Of a stretch of 64,000 bases of DNA, positions 18,932-27,756 are shown one piece after another (within the stretch, counting starts at the first letter, position 1; each line of letters starts with the position of its first letter). Made by a program: the position numbers and the translations under genes. The notes under the pieces were generated by a model. The model had not been told where the DNA came from and searched no databases. It worked only from the letters and a program-made list of their open reading frames with translations. Location of the stretch: IMG/VR virus record IMGVR_UViG_3300046517_002304, positions 186,001 through 250,000 of that record; one strand, 5' to 3'.

Positions 18932-19696
18932 GTGAAGAAAAGTCCATTAGATAAATTTTATACAAAGCCAGAAGTGGCTAAATTCCTTATCAGTAAATTA
19001 AATTTATCTGATTTTGATCTAATCATTGAGCCATCTGCTGGCAATGGGGCTTTTTCTTCACAGATAGATAATTGTTTGGCTTTTGATATTTGTCCGGAAC
19101 ACCCATCAATCGTTGAGCAAGATTTTTTGTTGTATGAATATAATGGAAAAATTACTAGTAGTAAGATTCTTTGCATAGGCAACCCGCCATTTGGCAAACA
19201 GTGCTCTTTGGCCCTAAAGTTTATTAAAAAGTGCTCTGAGTTTTCTGATACTATAGCGTTTATTCTTCCTCTTTCTTTTAAAAAGTCTAGTATACAAAAT
19301 AAAATACCTAAAAGCTATCACCTATTCAACGAGGTGGATATACCCGAAGGTTCATTTTTAATAAATGGAATGTCTTGTTCTGTTCCTGTGGTTTTCCAGA
19401 TATGGAAAAACGAATATGTAGACAGACATCAAGAAGATAAGGTATATCCAGAAGGGTTTCAGTATACGAAGAAAAGCACGGCAAACTTGTCGGTTAGAAG
19501 AGTGGGGGTAAATGCAGGAAAAGCGTTTTACGATACCGATAAATCAGATCAATCACATTATTTTATAAAAACAGATGCCAATATTGTAGATGCTTTAAAC
19601 CGACATCAATGGCAACATAATAACACTGTTGGTCCAAGGTCTATATCTAAGCAAGAATTAAATAAAGTTATAAATGATATAATTAGCCAATTATAG
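18932..19696 (+). CDS. SAM-dependent amino-DNA methyltransferase (motif I before NPPF)
   Basis: DKFYT, IEPSAGNGAF, IGNPPFG and IAFILP. Confidence 0.8.
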   Translation: MKKSPLDKFYTKPEVAKFLISKLNLSDFDLIIEPSAGNGAFSSQIDNCLAFDICPEHPSIVEQDFLLYEYNGKITSSKILCIGNPPFGKQCSLALKFIKKCSEFSDTIAFILPLSFKKSSIQNKIPKSYHLFNEVDIPEGSFLINGMSCSVPVVFQIWKNEYVDRHQEDKVYPEGFQYTKKSTANLSVRRVGVNAGKAFYDTDKSDQSHYFIKTDANIVDALNRHQWQHNNTVGPRSISKQELNKVINDIISQL

Positions 19697-20288
19697 GCAC
19701 GTTAATTACGCCTTTAAAGGTAAATTGTTTATTATTAACTATATTCTCGCAAAACCAAACGATTTTACTGCCTTCTATATCATTAAACTCAGTAGGCATA
19801 TCTCCTATCTCGTTTAATGCTCTTTTATGAAAGAACAGGCCATTCAAAGACGATTCGTAGAAAAGCGTTTTTCTGTTTATAACTGCATACAGTATATCTT
19901 TATCACTTTTTGCGAAAGACAAGTACTTTCTTTCTATCTTTGTTTTTATCTTCGCTCCGGCCACAAATATAAAATTCCAGTCTACGGTTGTTGATTTTAC
20001 TCCAGAGTTTATAATTCCACATATGGTCTGGTCGCGTTTAGCGGCAATTTTGTTTTGCAGATCTATCGATTGAACTATTTTTATTTGTTCTTTTGTAAGC
20101 TGTGATGAACACGCAATAACCATTGGGTGATTAGGATAATAAATTCTGATGCTCCTAAGGGTATCTTGAATTTGCTTGATATTAAAAATCGGCAAAAGCA
20201 CTATAAATCCAAACTTATAATCCTGTTTGGCTTCTGGTTCTATTTTCTGCTTTGATTCTCTCGCCGCAAGCATTGAAGTAAGCGTCAT
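19683..20288 (-). CDS. Hypothetical protein, GT-A/GT2-like N-terminus (degenerate)
   Basis: FIVLLPIFN..TLRSIRIYYPNHPMVI..INSGVK..DWNFIF; no DxD evident. Confidence 0.45.
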   Translation of the reverse strand: MTLTSMLAARESKQKIEPEAKQDYKFGFIVLLPIFNIKQIQDTLRSIRIYYPNHPMVIACSSQLTKEQIKIVQSIDLQNKIAAKRDQTICGIINSGVKSTTVDWNFIFVAGAKIKTKIERKYLSFAKSDKDILYAVINRKTLFYESSLNGLFFHKRALNEIGDMPTEFNDIEGSKIVWFCENIVNNKQFTFKGVINVPIIG

Positions 20289-20961
20289 CTTTTTCCACTC
20301 CTATATAATTTCTGTTTTCTCTTAAGCATGCGATGGCTGTTGTTCCGCTGCCGATACATGGGTCTAATACTAAGTCGCCTTCTTTTGTGTATGTTCTTAT
20401 AATATATCGGCAAAGATCAATCGGCTTCTGTGTTGGATGAACTGGTTTGCCTTCACTCTCTGCTGTTTTAAAGTAGATAATAGACCTTGGATATCTTACG
20501 CCATTATTATCATTTCTAAATTGACTGTCTCTAACAGCGCCATACACTTCTGTAATTTTTTTACCAGGCTTTGCCTTATAGCTACTTCCATTAGTCATTT
20601 GTGGATAGTAAGGAGTTTTTCCATTACAAAAAACAAGTAAAGATTCGTGTGATTTCAGTGGCTTCTTCTTAGCATCCAAGAAATTGCTCGCCTTGCTTTT
20701 TTCCCATATCCATTCATATTTAAATTTATCAATCTGCGATACTAGTAAAGTAGACGTAAATGGTTGAGATGAAAACATAATTATCGGACAATTTGCTTTA
20801 GCAACTCTCCATAGTTGTTCCCATAACTTAGTTAGGTCAATGCGGCAATCCCACTTGCATTGCGTTGTTCCGTACGGCAAGTCACATAAAATTAAATCGA
20901 TTGATTTTTCTTGTACTGCTGGCAATACATTGAATAAATCATCATGATATATTTGGTTCAT
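20215..20961 (-). CDS. Beta-class N4-C/N6-A DNA methyltransferase
   Basis: DLILCDLPYG, HPTQKP and VLDPCIGSGTT. Confidence 0.92.
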   Translation of the reverse strand: MNQIYHDDLFNVLPAVQEKSIDLILCDLPYGTTQCKWDCRIDLTKLWEQLWRVAKANCPIIMFSSQPFTSTLLVSQIDKFKYEWIWEKSKASNFLDAKKKPLKSHESLLVFCNGKTPYYPQMTNGSSYKAKPGKKITEVYGAVRDSQFRNDNNGVRYPRSIIYFKTAESEGKPVHPTQKPIDLCRYIIRTYTKEGDLVLDPCIGSGTTAIACLRENRNYIGVEKDDAYFNACGERIKAENRTRSQTGL

Positions 20962-21713
20962 TAAATTAAGGCAAAGTCAAAATCAATCTGAACAACATCA
21001 GTGTTTAATAAAGTTGCATTAAACTGAAATGTTCCGGCTGAACTCAATATTTCTGTGTACATTAAACTAACCCAAGTAGTTGAAACTCCAACTCTAGGTA
21101 CGCTTGTGGTGGTAGTTTCACTTAATCTAATCCCATTGACATATACGCGCAGGGTTCCTGAAACATATGGAGTGCCACCGCTTGTTGTCTTATAATTTAG
21201 ATGATTGGTTGTGTATGGGACTACTGAGTAAAAATGCGATACTGGAGCGTAAATTACGTCAGCGGACAACTTACCGGCTGTATAGTTCCACTCGATTGTA
21301 TCGCTGCCGATTAAAGATATTTGTCCTGTGGAAAAATCTGTAGTATTTGACATTGTGTCAACTTGGATAGTTAAGCTATTCGCATTGCTAGCAACAGTGT
21401 TTAGCTTAATTCTTTCGCCAAATTCCATTCTAACAAAGCTACCAGAATCAGTATGATCATCTATAAGATGCATTGAATTATTAACAGCAGTTGTTTTGAG
21501 CGTTCCATCAGCATTCAAACTAACGTTTAGTCTTGTTGCTAGGCTTCCAGATGTGCCTTGAGCTAACTCAAGAATACCAGTGCTGTTGTCCACGGCATCA
21601 TTTATAACAACAGCTTGTACGGATATGTCCTGTAGCGGAATATTGTCAGTAGAAACCTCGTATGGCTCTAGGCCAGTAAAAAAACGAATAGGTATGTTTG
21701 TTAAATCGGGCAT
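20961..21713 (-). CDS. Virion structural protein (baseplate/fibre region)
   Basis: T/S/N-rich; SGTLRVYVNGIRL motif; last gene of the baseplate operon. Confidence 0.55.
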   Translation of the reverse strand: MPDLTNIPIRFFTGLEPYEVSTDNIPLQDISVQAVVINDAVDNSTGILELAQGTSGSLATRLNVSLNADGTLKTTAVNNSMHLIDDHTDSGSFVRMEFGERIKLNTVASNANSLTIQVDTMSNTTDFSTGQISLIGSDTIEWNYTAGKLSADVIYAPVSHFYSVVPYTTNHLNYKTTSGGTPYVSGTLRVYVNGIRLSETTTTSVPRVGVSTTWVSLMYTEILSSAGTFQFNATLLNTDVVQIDFDFALI

Positions 21714-21728
21714 TGTTGTTTCTCTCTA

Positions 21729-22211
21729 TTAAACCAATTCTAGATCCCAGACAATCGTAATTTGAATAGCCGAGGTTTTTGTTATGACGGGGAATGTAAA
21801 CATTGAAAATAAATCACCATTAGCCATCTGTAGCGCAATTTCACTAAGAGAACTGCCGTTCCCGTCAGAAGAACTTAAAACTGCCGTTATGTGAAGTAAA
21901 TTGGTGTTAACTGAATCAATACTAACTGATACCGGCTTACTTAGCAACGTTGCTCCGAACAACCCAGTTCTTGATGGGTCTATTGTTTTAGGTGTTGAGC
22001 CAGAAACCCCATTAGTTCCTACTAATAAAGTTGTAATGTAAAAACTAAAAACGGTGTCGATAGCGTTTGCTAAGCACGCAGCAAGAGCAGACTTTCCGCC
22101 ATTTAAAACAGTATTGCTGCGAGAAATTATAGTTTGTTCGCCCGTATCAAGATTATCAATCACCATCTTGACGAATCCATTACACTTTGTGCTGTCAATA
22201 ATATTTGTCAT
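21729..22211 (-). CDS. Tail-fibre attachment/tail-collar-like protein
   Basis: GKSALA..ITTLLVGT..TGLFG..GNG.SLSEIAL..NGDLFS pattern of the P2 gpH N-terminal/DUF3751-like domain. Confidence 0.6.
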   Translation of the reverse strand: MTNIIDSTKCNGFVKMVIDNLDTGEQTIISRSNTVLNGGKSALAACLANAIDTVFSFYITTLLVGTNGVSGSTPKTIDPSRTGLFGATLLSKPVSVSIDSVNTNLLHITAVLSSSDGNGSSLSEIALQMANGDLFSMFTFPVITKTSAIQITIVWDLELV

Positions 22212-25111
22212 GCTTCTACCTTCTCAATTATAAATGATACTTTTTCACTCTGTCTTACGTTATCGCTGAATCCAGGTATTCCTTCATATGAAAGCATGGC
22301 TCCGACACTTTCCGAAGTAATCGTCACCACATCATTCCCGCTTCTATCTATTTTTCTGAATACATGGTCTTCTATATTTACGTTTTGTGTTTTGTTATAC
22401 TGCACGATTGAGTATGTGATAGGGGTACCTGCTAGCCCCCAATTTACCTTGTATCCACTAATATAAATATTAGTTCCAGTCCATTGTGATACTTTATAAT
22501 AGTTTCCGTTAAAAAGTATTAGATAATTCTCTTTAAATTTACTATCGGTGTCCGCCACTCCATCTGTAGATTGGCCATGTCCGTTTGCAATTCCTAGTCC
22601 AGCTTCGTAATCCACTCCGGACACAATACGCATTCCTCCTGTGTCTAGGTATCCGCGAGTATTGTCAACAAGTCGCTTTAATATTCTAATATTAGCAGTC
22701 CCAACTGCTGTCCCGGCCGAGTATGCGTCAACGTATGCTTTGTTAGACGCATTAAACCCTGATATCGGATATTGGTTAGACTTATAAAGAACATAATAAC
22801 CAATGTTAACTTCAAACCCATTTACGATATCATCCAGAAGCTCAACTCTACCTCTGTTTTGAATGTTGATACTTCCAGTAGTGCTGCTAGTTATTGTATT
22901 GCTAAGATTGTCTTTAAGCTGATAGCTTAACCCGCTAATATTTGCGCCTGGCCACGCATTAATTAATAATGTATTGTTTGGAAGTATTTCATTAATAGCG
23001 TATGTGCCAGGATTTGTGCCATTAGAAATTACCACGTTCCACGAAGATGTGACTGCATATTGCGTAAAATCAATATTTGAATCACTAAAGATAAAAAGAT
23101 TGTCCTGAAAAATGCTTGCGGAAATATCTGTATAAACAATATTGCTAAGGCGAAAATGATGTTCTCCAACCTCTAATGGATACGATAATGTATCTGGGCT
23201 GCCTTGGTTTATATGTACTCTATATTTTTCTGATACACTACATGTATAGTTGCCTGCCGCTGTTCCGGAAAGAATTTCCAATAAGTTGCTCCCGCCATTT
23301 AACCCAATTTCATCAAAACGGATAAGCGGAGCATATAAAACGTACTCTTGATTAAAACCATTGCCCGAAACAGAATTAATAACAGTAGTCCGTGTTGCTA
23401 ATGAGATTCTGTTTAATGCATTGAAACTACTATCAATTCCACCGGAAATCGGCATTGCCCTGTTGAATCTTGCTTCGGCACCGGCCAACACGTTATCGCT
23501 GGGAGTGTATTGTATTAGAAAATCTACGCTCTCTACTGGTGGAATGATTATATCATAAAATGAACTTGAATAACTTAGGTTTTGTGGCACAAGGTGGAAT
23601 GGTTTATATTCTCTAATTATATCATTTGTTTCAGACAGCCTATCATCAGATAGGTCATTAATTGTAACATCAATATTAAACTTGCTACTTCTGCAACAAC
23701 TGCAAGTATCTAAAAATGACTTATCTAAATCACATGGGTTCGTAGAATCTCGTTTGGAACCATTGTATTCATCCATATTATAAATGTTTTCGCTATATGG
23801 AAACTCTGTTCTCACTTGCCCAAATATAATTGGATCTACGAAAGGATGCTTAACGCTGCAAATTACATCAAACATCGAATCTGCTTCAGTGATAAGCCTT
23901 ACGTTCCAGTTTTTAGGAGGATACGCAACCGTAACTTCATCTCTTAGGTCGGCTAGCGGTAAAGATCTTATGTAATTTTCTATAGGCTGACTGACTACAG
24001 GACTAATCTTATAAATAACATCTAGGAAATCGCCCTCGGCCAAAACAATTGGAGATGTAGCGCTTTCTCCAATCCATGTCATGGTCGTAATGCCATCGCT
24101 GTTAGAAAATGTCACATAATCATTTAGAATTAACGACATGTACGATGATGTATTTGCTGGTCTAATTGATATAGAAAAATTACTTCCATCTTCTGGAAGA
24201 ATTGCTAGTTTAGCTAAAACAAAGATTGTCTGGCTATCTTCGGAAACTTTAATTCCTTCTTGCCACGTAGACGGCGATACTATTTGCCATAACATAGAAA
24301 AGCTATTAAGCGTGATTCCAGCATTGGCAAGCGCGTTCGTTAATCCGATCAGAGTGCCTTTTTGCTTGTATAACGGAATAGCTTGTTTTATCTGTCTTCT
24401 CCATAGAGTCACATCTTGTGATCTTAGTTTTAGACCGAACAATCCCGCAAGGTAAGGCAACAAGGTTTGCGGAGTAGCATTAGCATCGATCAAATCTACT
24501 GTCTGATTGACCATGTCCTCAATAAACGTGAACAGCTTTGCTACTGCTGTATTGTACCTAGAAATTACATCTGGAGACAAATCACTTTCCGACATTTGAT
24601 TACTCATAAAATCTGGCATATATCGGCTTAATAGAGTCGTATACTTTTCAGGATTTGTATGATGCGTAGGAATGCTAGTGGTTTCTTTAGTGTCACCAGA
24701 AATAAAAAATTGATAAAAATTAGAAAGTTGATCGCTTGTGTTCAGAGTCCATGTCCAACAGATGTAATAATCGCCTTCGCGATAATTCGGTTGCCAAGTA
24801 AATGTAAAGGTTCCGGTAGAAACATGCCGTATGGTTGAAGCACTTGGGCTAGAAGAATTCCAGGCAGCAATGCCATCACTGCCCAATACGGTGGTTGGAA
24901 TGGTTTTGCTAAAGAAGGTATCATAACTCATTTCCGGCTCAACTTCAATTACTTCTTTGAAATTACCATTAAAGAAACTTCTTTCAACGTAGTTGATGGT
25001 CACTAAGTCAATAGTGTCCGGGTCAACTAGATTACCGTCGTTATCTGTTGTGGTTATAGTAAATAAAATCTCATCAGAGATTGTTGGGTTTTGATCGATT
25101 GTTATTGTCAT
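22208..25111 (-). CDS. Baseplate wedge protein (T4 gp7/P2 gpI-like core with extensions)
   Basis: ATPQTLLPYLAGLFG..RRQIKQAIPLYKQKGTL.GL; located directly after the gp6-like gene. Confidence 0.75.
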   Translation of the reverse strand: MTITIDQNPTISDEILFTITTTDNDGNLVDPDTIDLVTINYVERSFFNGNFKEVIEVEPEMSYDTFFSKTIPTTVLGSDGIAAWNSSSPSASTIRHVSTGTFTFTWQPNYREGDYYICWTWTLNTSDQLSNFYQFFISGDTKETTSIPTHHTNPEKYTTLLSRYMPDFMSNQMSESDLSPDVISRYNTAVAKLFTFIEDMVNQTVDLIDANATPQTLLPYLAGLFGLKLRSQDVTLWRRQIKQAIPLYKQKGTLIGLTNALANAGITLNSFSMLWQIVSPSTWQEGIKVSEDSQTIFVLAKLAILPEDGSNFSISIRPANTSSYMSLILNDYVTFSNSDGITTMTWIGESATSPIVLAEGDFLDVIYKISPVVSQPIENYIRSLPLADLRDEVTVAYPPKNWNVRLITEADSMFDVICSVKHPFVDPIIFGQVRTEFPYSENIYNMDEYNGSKRDSTNPCDLDKSFLDTCSCCRSSKFNIDVTINDLSDDRLSETNDIIREYKPFHLVPQNLSYSSSFYDIIIPPVESVDFLIQYTPSDNVLAGAEARFNRAMPISGGIDSSFNALNRISLATRTTVINSVSGNGFNQEYVLYAPLIRFDEIGLNGGSNLLEILSGTAAGNYTCSVSEKYRVHINQGSPDTLSYPLEVGEHHFRLSNIVYTDISASIFQDNLFIFSDSNIDFTQYAVTSSWNVVISNGTNPGTYAINEILPNNTLLINAWPGANISGLSYQLKDNLSNTITSSTTGSINIQNRGRVELLDDIVNGFEVNIGYYVLYKSNQYPISGFNASNKAYVDAYSAGTAVGTANIRILKRLVDNTRGYLDTGGMRIVSGVDYEAGLGIANGHGQSTDGVADTDSKFKENYLILFNGNYYKVSQWTGTNIYISGYKVNWGLAGTPITYSIVQYNKTQNVNIEDHVFRKIDRSGNDVVTITSESVGAMLSYEGIPGFSDNVRQSEKVSFIIEKVEA

Positions 25112-26661
25112 TGGAAGCTAAATGAGACACTTATAGTATCTGGCCTTATAATTTCATAGTATTTTGCCACAACCGTTTCTCCAGAATTACCTGGGTCATT
25201 TGTGGTGAATGTCGTTGAAAAACTAATAATTTGTTGTATAGAAGATAAAGATTTTACTAAATCAGAGGCGTTAAGTGTTTGTCCATATTCCCAGTTGGCT
25301 AGGGCGAAGAAGTTATTTATAGCTGAATTTACTGCGCTTTCTATATTAGACTGAGCGTTTCTATAAAACTTATCAACTATTAGATCTACAGAAACATCTG
25401 TATTAATAACCACGCCATCTCTCAAGCAAACCGAAACTCCCATCATAGACTGTGCGTTGATAGCATCTAATAATGCGCTCTTAAGAGAGTCATTGGCAAC
25501 TTGTAAGCCGCTAGTCCCACTTAAAGCAAGCACATAAACATCTACAATGTTAGCTGCGCAGCCATAGTTCCTTAAAACCGCTACAGATTTGCCGATTTGC
25601 CCGTTGTATGGAGTAGCGAACTGGTCAGCGAAAGTCTGGTAATCAGTATCGGAAACAATTCTACCCTGCATTTTAACATACCTTGGCAGTTTACTCTTAA
25701 CATCATCAATCGTATCGCCGTCGTATCCAAAGTTGCTAGCTGTGTAATTAGAAAAATTAACTGCTGCGGCAATACCGAATCCGTCTAAAGTAAAAGTTCT
25801 ATAAGTAGAAATAGCCCCAGAAACAATGTTGCTGCTTGTCCCGCCACCCACTCTATATTGTACAACAATATTTGCTCCTGACGTAGGGAATAGGCCAGAT
25901 TGTGTATTGCCGAATATAATGAACGCATTATAATTTGAATCAAATTCAAGGCGGTATTCTTTTCTAGGATTGGAGTCGGTAAAGTAATCAACCTCATTCC
26001 ATGTTGAGCCATCTACTATTACAGTCACGCTGTCAAAAATAACAGGATGATTTGATAGCTGAAAATTTTGATTAGCTAATCCGGTGCCGAGGAAGGTATC
26101 AATAAATGTTTGTCCTTGCACCCCAACTATAGAAGTATTTGACAGATTCCCAGCAGGTATAATTATGTCTTGGTTAAATATTGGGTTATTATTAGAGTCG
26201 GCAACAAATAACTCATATACTACCGAATTGTTGTTAGACACCGCAGTAACCGCAACACCAGACGGGATAATCAGATCACCAGGCAGGACCGTGTTGATGG
26301 TGGCAGCAAACATTGCTACTGCTGGAATTGGTGGGGTTGGCTTAAAACCGACTGATTCTGCTATACGAAAAGCATTTTCTGTTTCCGTGACCGTGCCAAT
26401 AAAAACTTCCTGTATAATTTGATCTTGCTTAAATGACAGTGTGTCAAATAAAAATGCCTGAGGTTCGATAAGTAAAAATGCTAAGGATGACTCAATAAAA
26501 TCATTAAAGTCAGACGGAAACTGTTCTTTGATTAGATTTCTTAATCTAAACTTTAAAGAGTAAAAGTCTTGGTTGGTATAATTAATGTTCGTTAGGCTAT
26601 TGTTTGGAGCCAAGGATGATTGGTCTAATGGGGTTTGTTCAAAGGTACAGTTTGTTGTCAT
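25108..26661 (-). CDS. Baseplate wedge protein (T4 gp6/P2 gpJ-like)
   Basis: YTNQDFYSLK, AFRIAESVGF, VQYRVGGG..NI, GYDGDTIDDVK and RIVSDTDY. Confidence 0.85.
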   Translation of the reverse strand: MTTNCTFEQTPLDQSSLAPNNSLTNINYTNQDFYSLKFRLRNLIKEQFPSDFNDFIESSLAFLLIEPQAFLFDTLSFKQDQIIQEVFIGTVTETENAFRIAESVGFKPTPPIPAVAMFAATINTVLPGDLIIPSGVAVTAVSNNNSVVYELFVADSNNNPIFNQDIIIPAGNLSNTSIVGVQGQTFIDTFLGTGLANQNFQLSNHPVIFDSVTVIVDGSTWNEVDYFTDSNPRKEYRLEFDSNYNAFIIFGNTQSGLFPTSGANIVVQYRVGGGTSSNIVSGAISTYRTFTLDGFGIAAAVNFSNYTASNFGYDGDTIDDVKSKLPRYVKMQGRIVSDTDYQTFADQFATPYNGQIGKSVAVLRNYGCAANIVDVYVLALSGTSGLQVANDSLKSALLDAINAQSMMGVSVCLRDGVVINTDVSVDLIVDKFYRNAQSNIESAVNSAINNFFALANWEYGQTLNASDLVKSLSSIQQIISFSTTFTTNDPGNSGETVVAKYYEIIRPDTISVSFSFQ

Positions 26662-26667
26662 AATGGT

Positions 26668-27084
26668 TTAGCCTACGGGCAGTTGTAGAACTAATGTGTC
26701 TACTGCCGTTAAATTGTCAAATTGTGCGAATTGTATAGTAATAGTCATTAGGTGCTGGTCGCTTTCGGAAAGATTATTTGGGTTCTGCGCATTTGCCGTT
26801 TCCGATGATACTGCTGTTATTTGTGTAATAGATACTCTTGGCTCCCATTTACTTATAGCGCTTTTAATTAATGAAACCACCTGCGCCTCTAAAGCGGCGT
26901 TATTTTGCTGGAATAGAGCCGAACTTAGTCCAGTCCCGAAGGACGGCAACATCACTCTTTCGCCAAAATTAGTAAGCAAAAGTATCAATAAATCACTTTT
27001 AATAGTGGAAGTATCAGCTATTTTTGCGAAATAACCTTGACTATTTTTTTGTATAGGGTATTTGAGACCGAGGAAGTTGGGCAT
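26668..27084 (-). CDS. Baseplate wedge protein gp25/GpW-like
   Basis: IKSDLLILLLTNFGERVMLPSFGTGL..AISKWEPRVSI. Confidence 0.9.
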   Translation of the reverse strand: MPNFLGLKYPIQKNSQGYFAKIADTSTIKSDLLILLLTNFGERVMLPSFGTGLSSALFQQNNAALEAQVVSLIKSAISKWEPRVSITQITAVSSETANAQNPNNLSESDQHLMTITIQFAQFDNLTAVDTLVLQLPVG

Positions 27085-27090
27085 TTAGTT

Positions 27091-27098
27091 TATTTATA
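27091..27098 (-). promoter_or_regulatory. T4-type late promoter TATAAATA
   Basis: Exact T4 late consensus, 6 nt before the gp25-like ATG. Confidence 0.75.
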
Positions 27099-27123
27099 GA
27101 AGAATTAATACTAAATTAGTGCT

Positions 27124-27756
27124 ATGGGTAAAAAATATCACATTATTCTGGCCGATCCACCATGGAGCTACAACGATAAAAAGGTTGCCGGAACAGTCAG
27201 AAGCAACTTCGGAGCATCTAAACATTATACGTGCATGAATATAAATGAAATTAAAAAACTAAATGTATCCAGTATAGCGGAAGACAATGCGGTATTGTTT
27301 CTTTGGGTCACGATGCCATTGCTAAAAGAGGGTATTGATACAATGGAAGCTTGGGGATTTAAATACAAAACCATAGGTTTTTCTTGGGCTAAATTTAACA
27401 AAAATGGAAAACCTTTCTTTGGAGTAGGGGCGTACGCCAAAAGCAATGTAGAGCTATGCTTAATGGGTGTTCGCGGTAAAGTGGGTCGTCTTATAAAAGG
27501 ACAAACATCAGATCCAAAAACCAAGCTTACAGTAGCCAGTAATTATGTGTCATCTTTAATTCTTACAAATAGGCCACACCAGTCTACCAAAGTTTTTTTC
27601 CACTCATCAAAGCCAGAAGAACAATATTCTAGAATAGAAGGTTTGTTCGGCGATGTTTCCCGAATAGAATTGTTCGCTAGAAATACCCGTAATGGATGGG
27701 ATTCCATCGGCCATGATATAGATGGCGCAGATATTAGAAATTATCTAGTTAGTTAA
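27124..27756 (+). CDS. MT-A70 family methyltransferase
   Basis: ILADPPWSY, LFLWVT, AWGFKYKT, HSSKPE and RIELFAR. Confidence 0.92.
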   Translation: MGKKYHIILADPPWSYNDKKVAGTVRSNFGASKHYTCMNINEIKKLNVSSIAEDNAVLFLWVTMPLLKEGIDTMEAWGFKYKTIGFSWAKFNKNGKPFFGVGAYAKSNVELCLMGVRGKVGRLIKGQTSDPKTKLTVASNYVSSLILTNRPHQSTKVFFHSSKPEEQYSRIEGLFGDVSRIELFARNTRNGWDSIGHDIDGADIRNYLVS

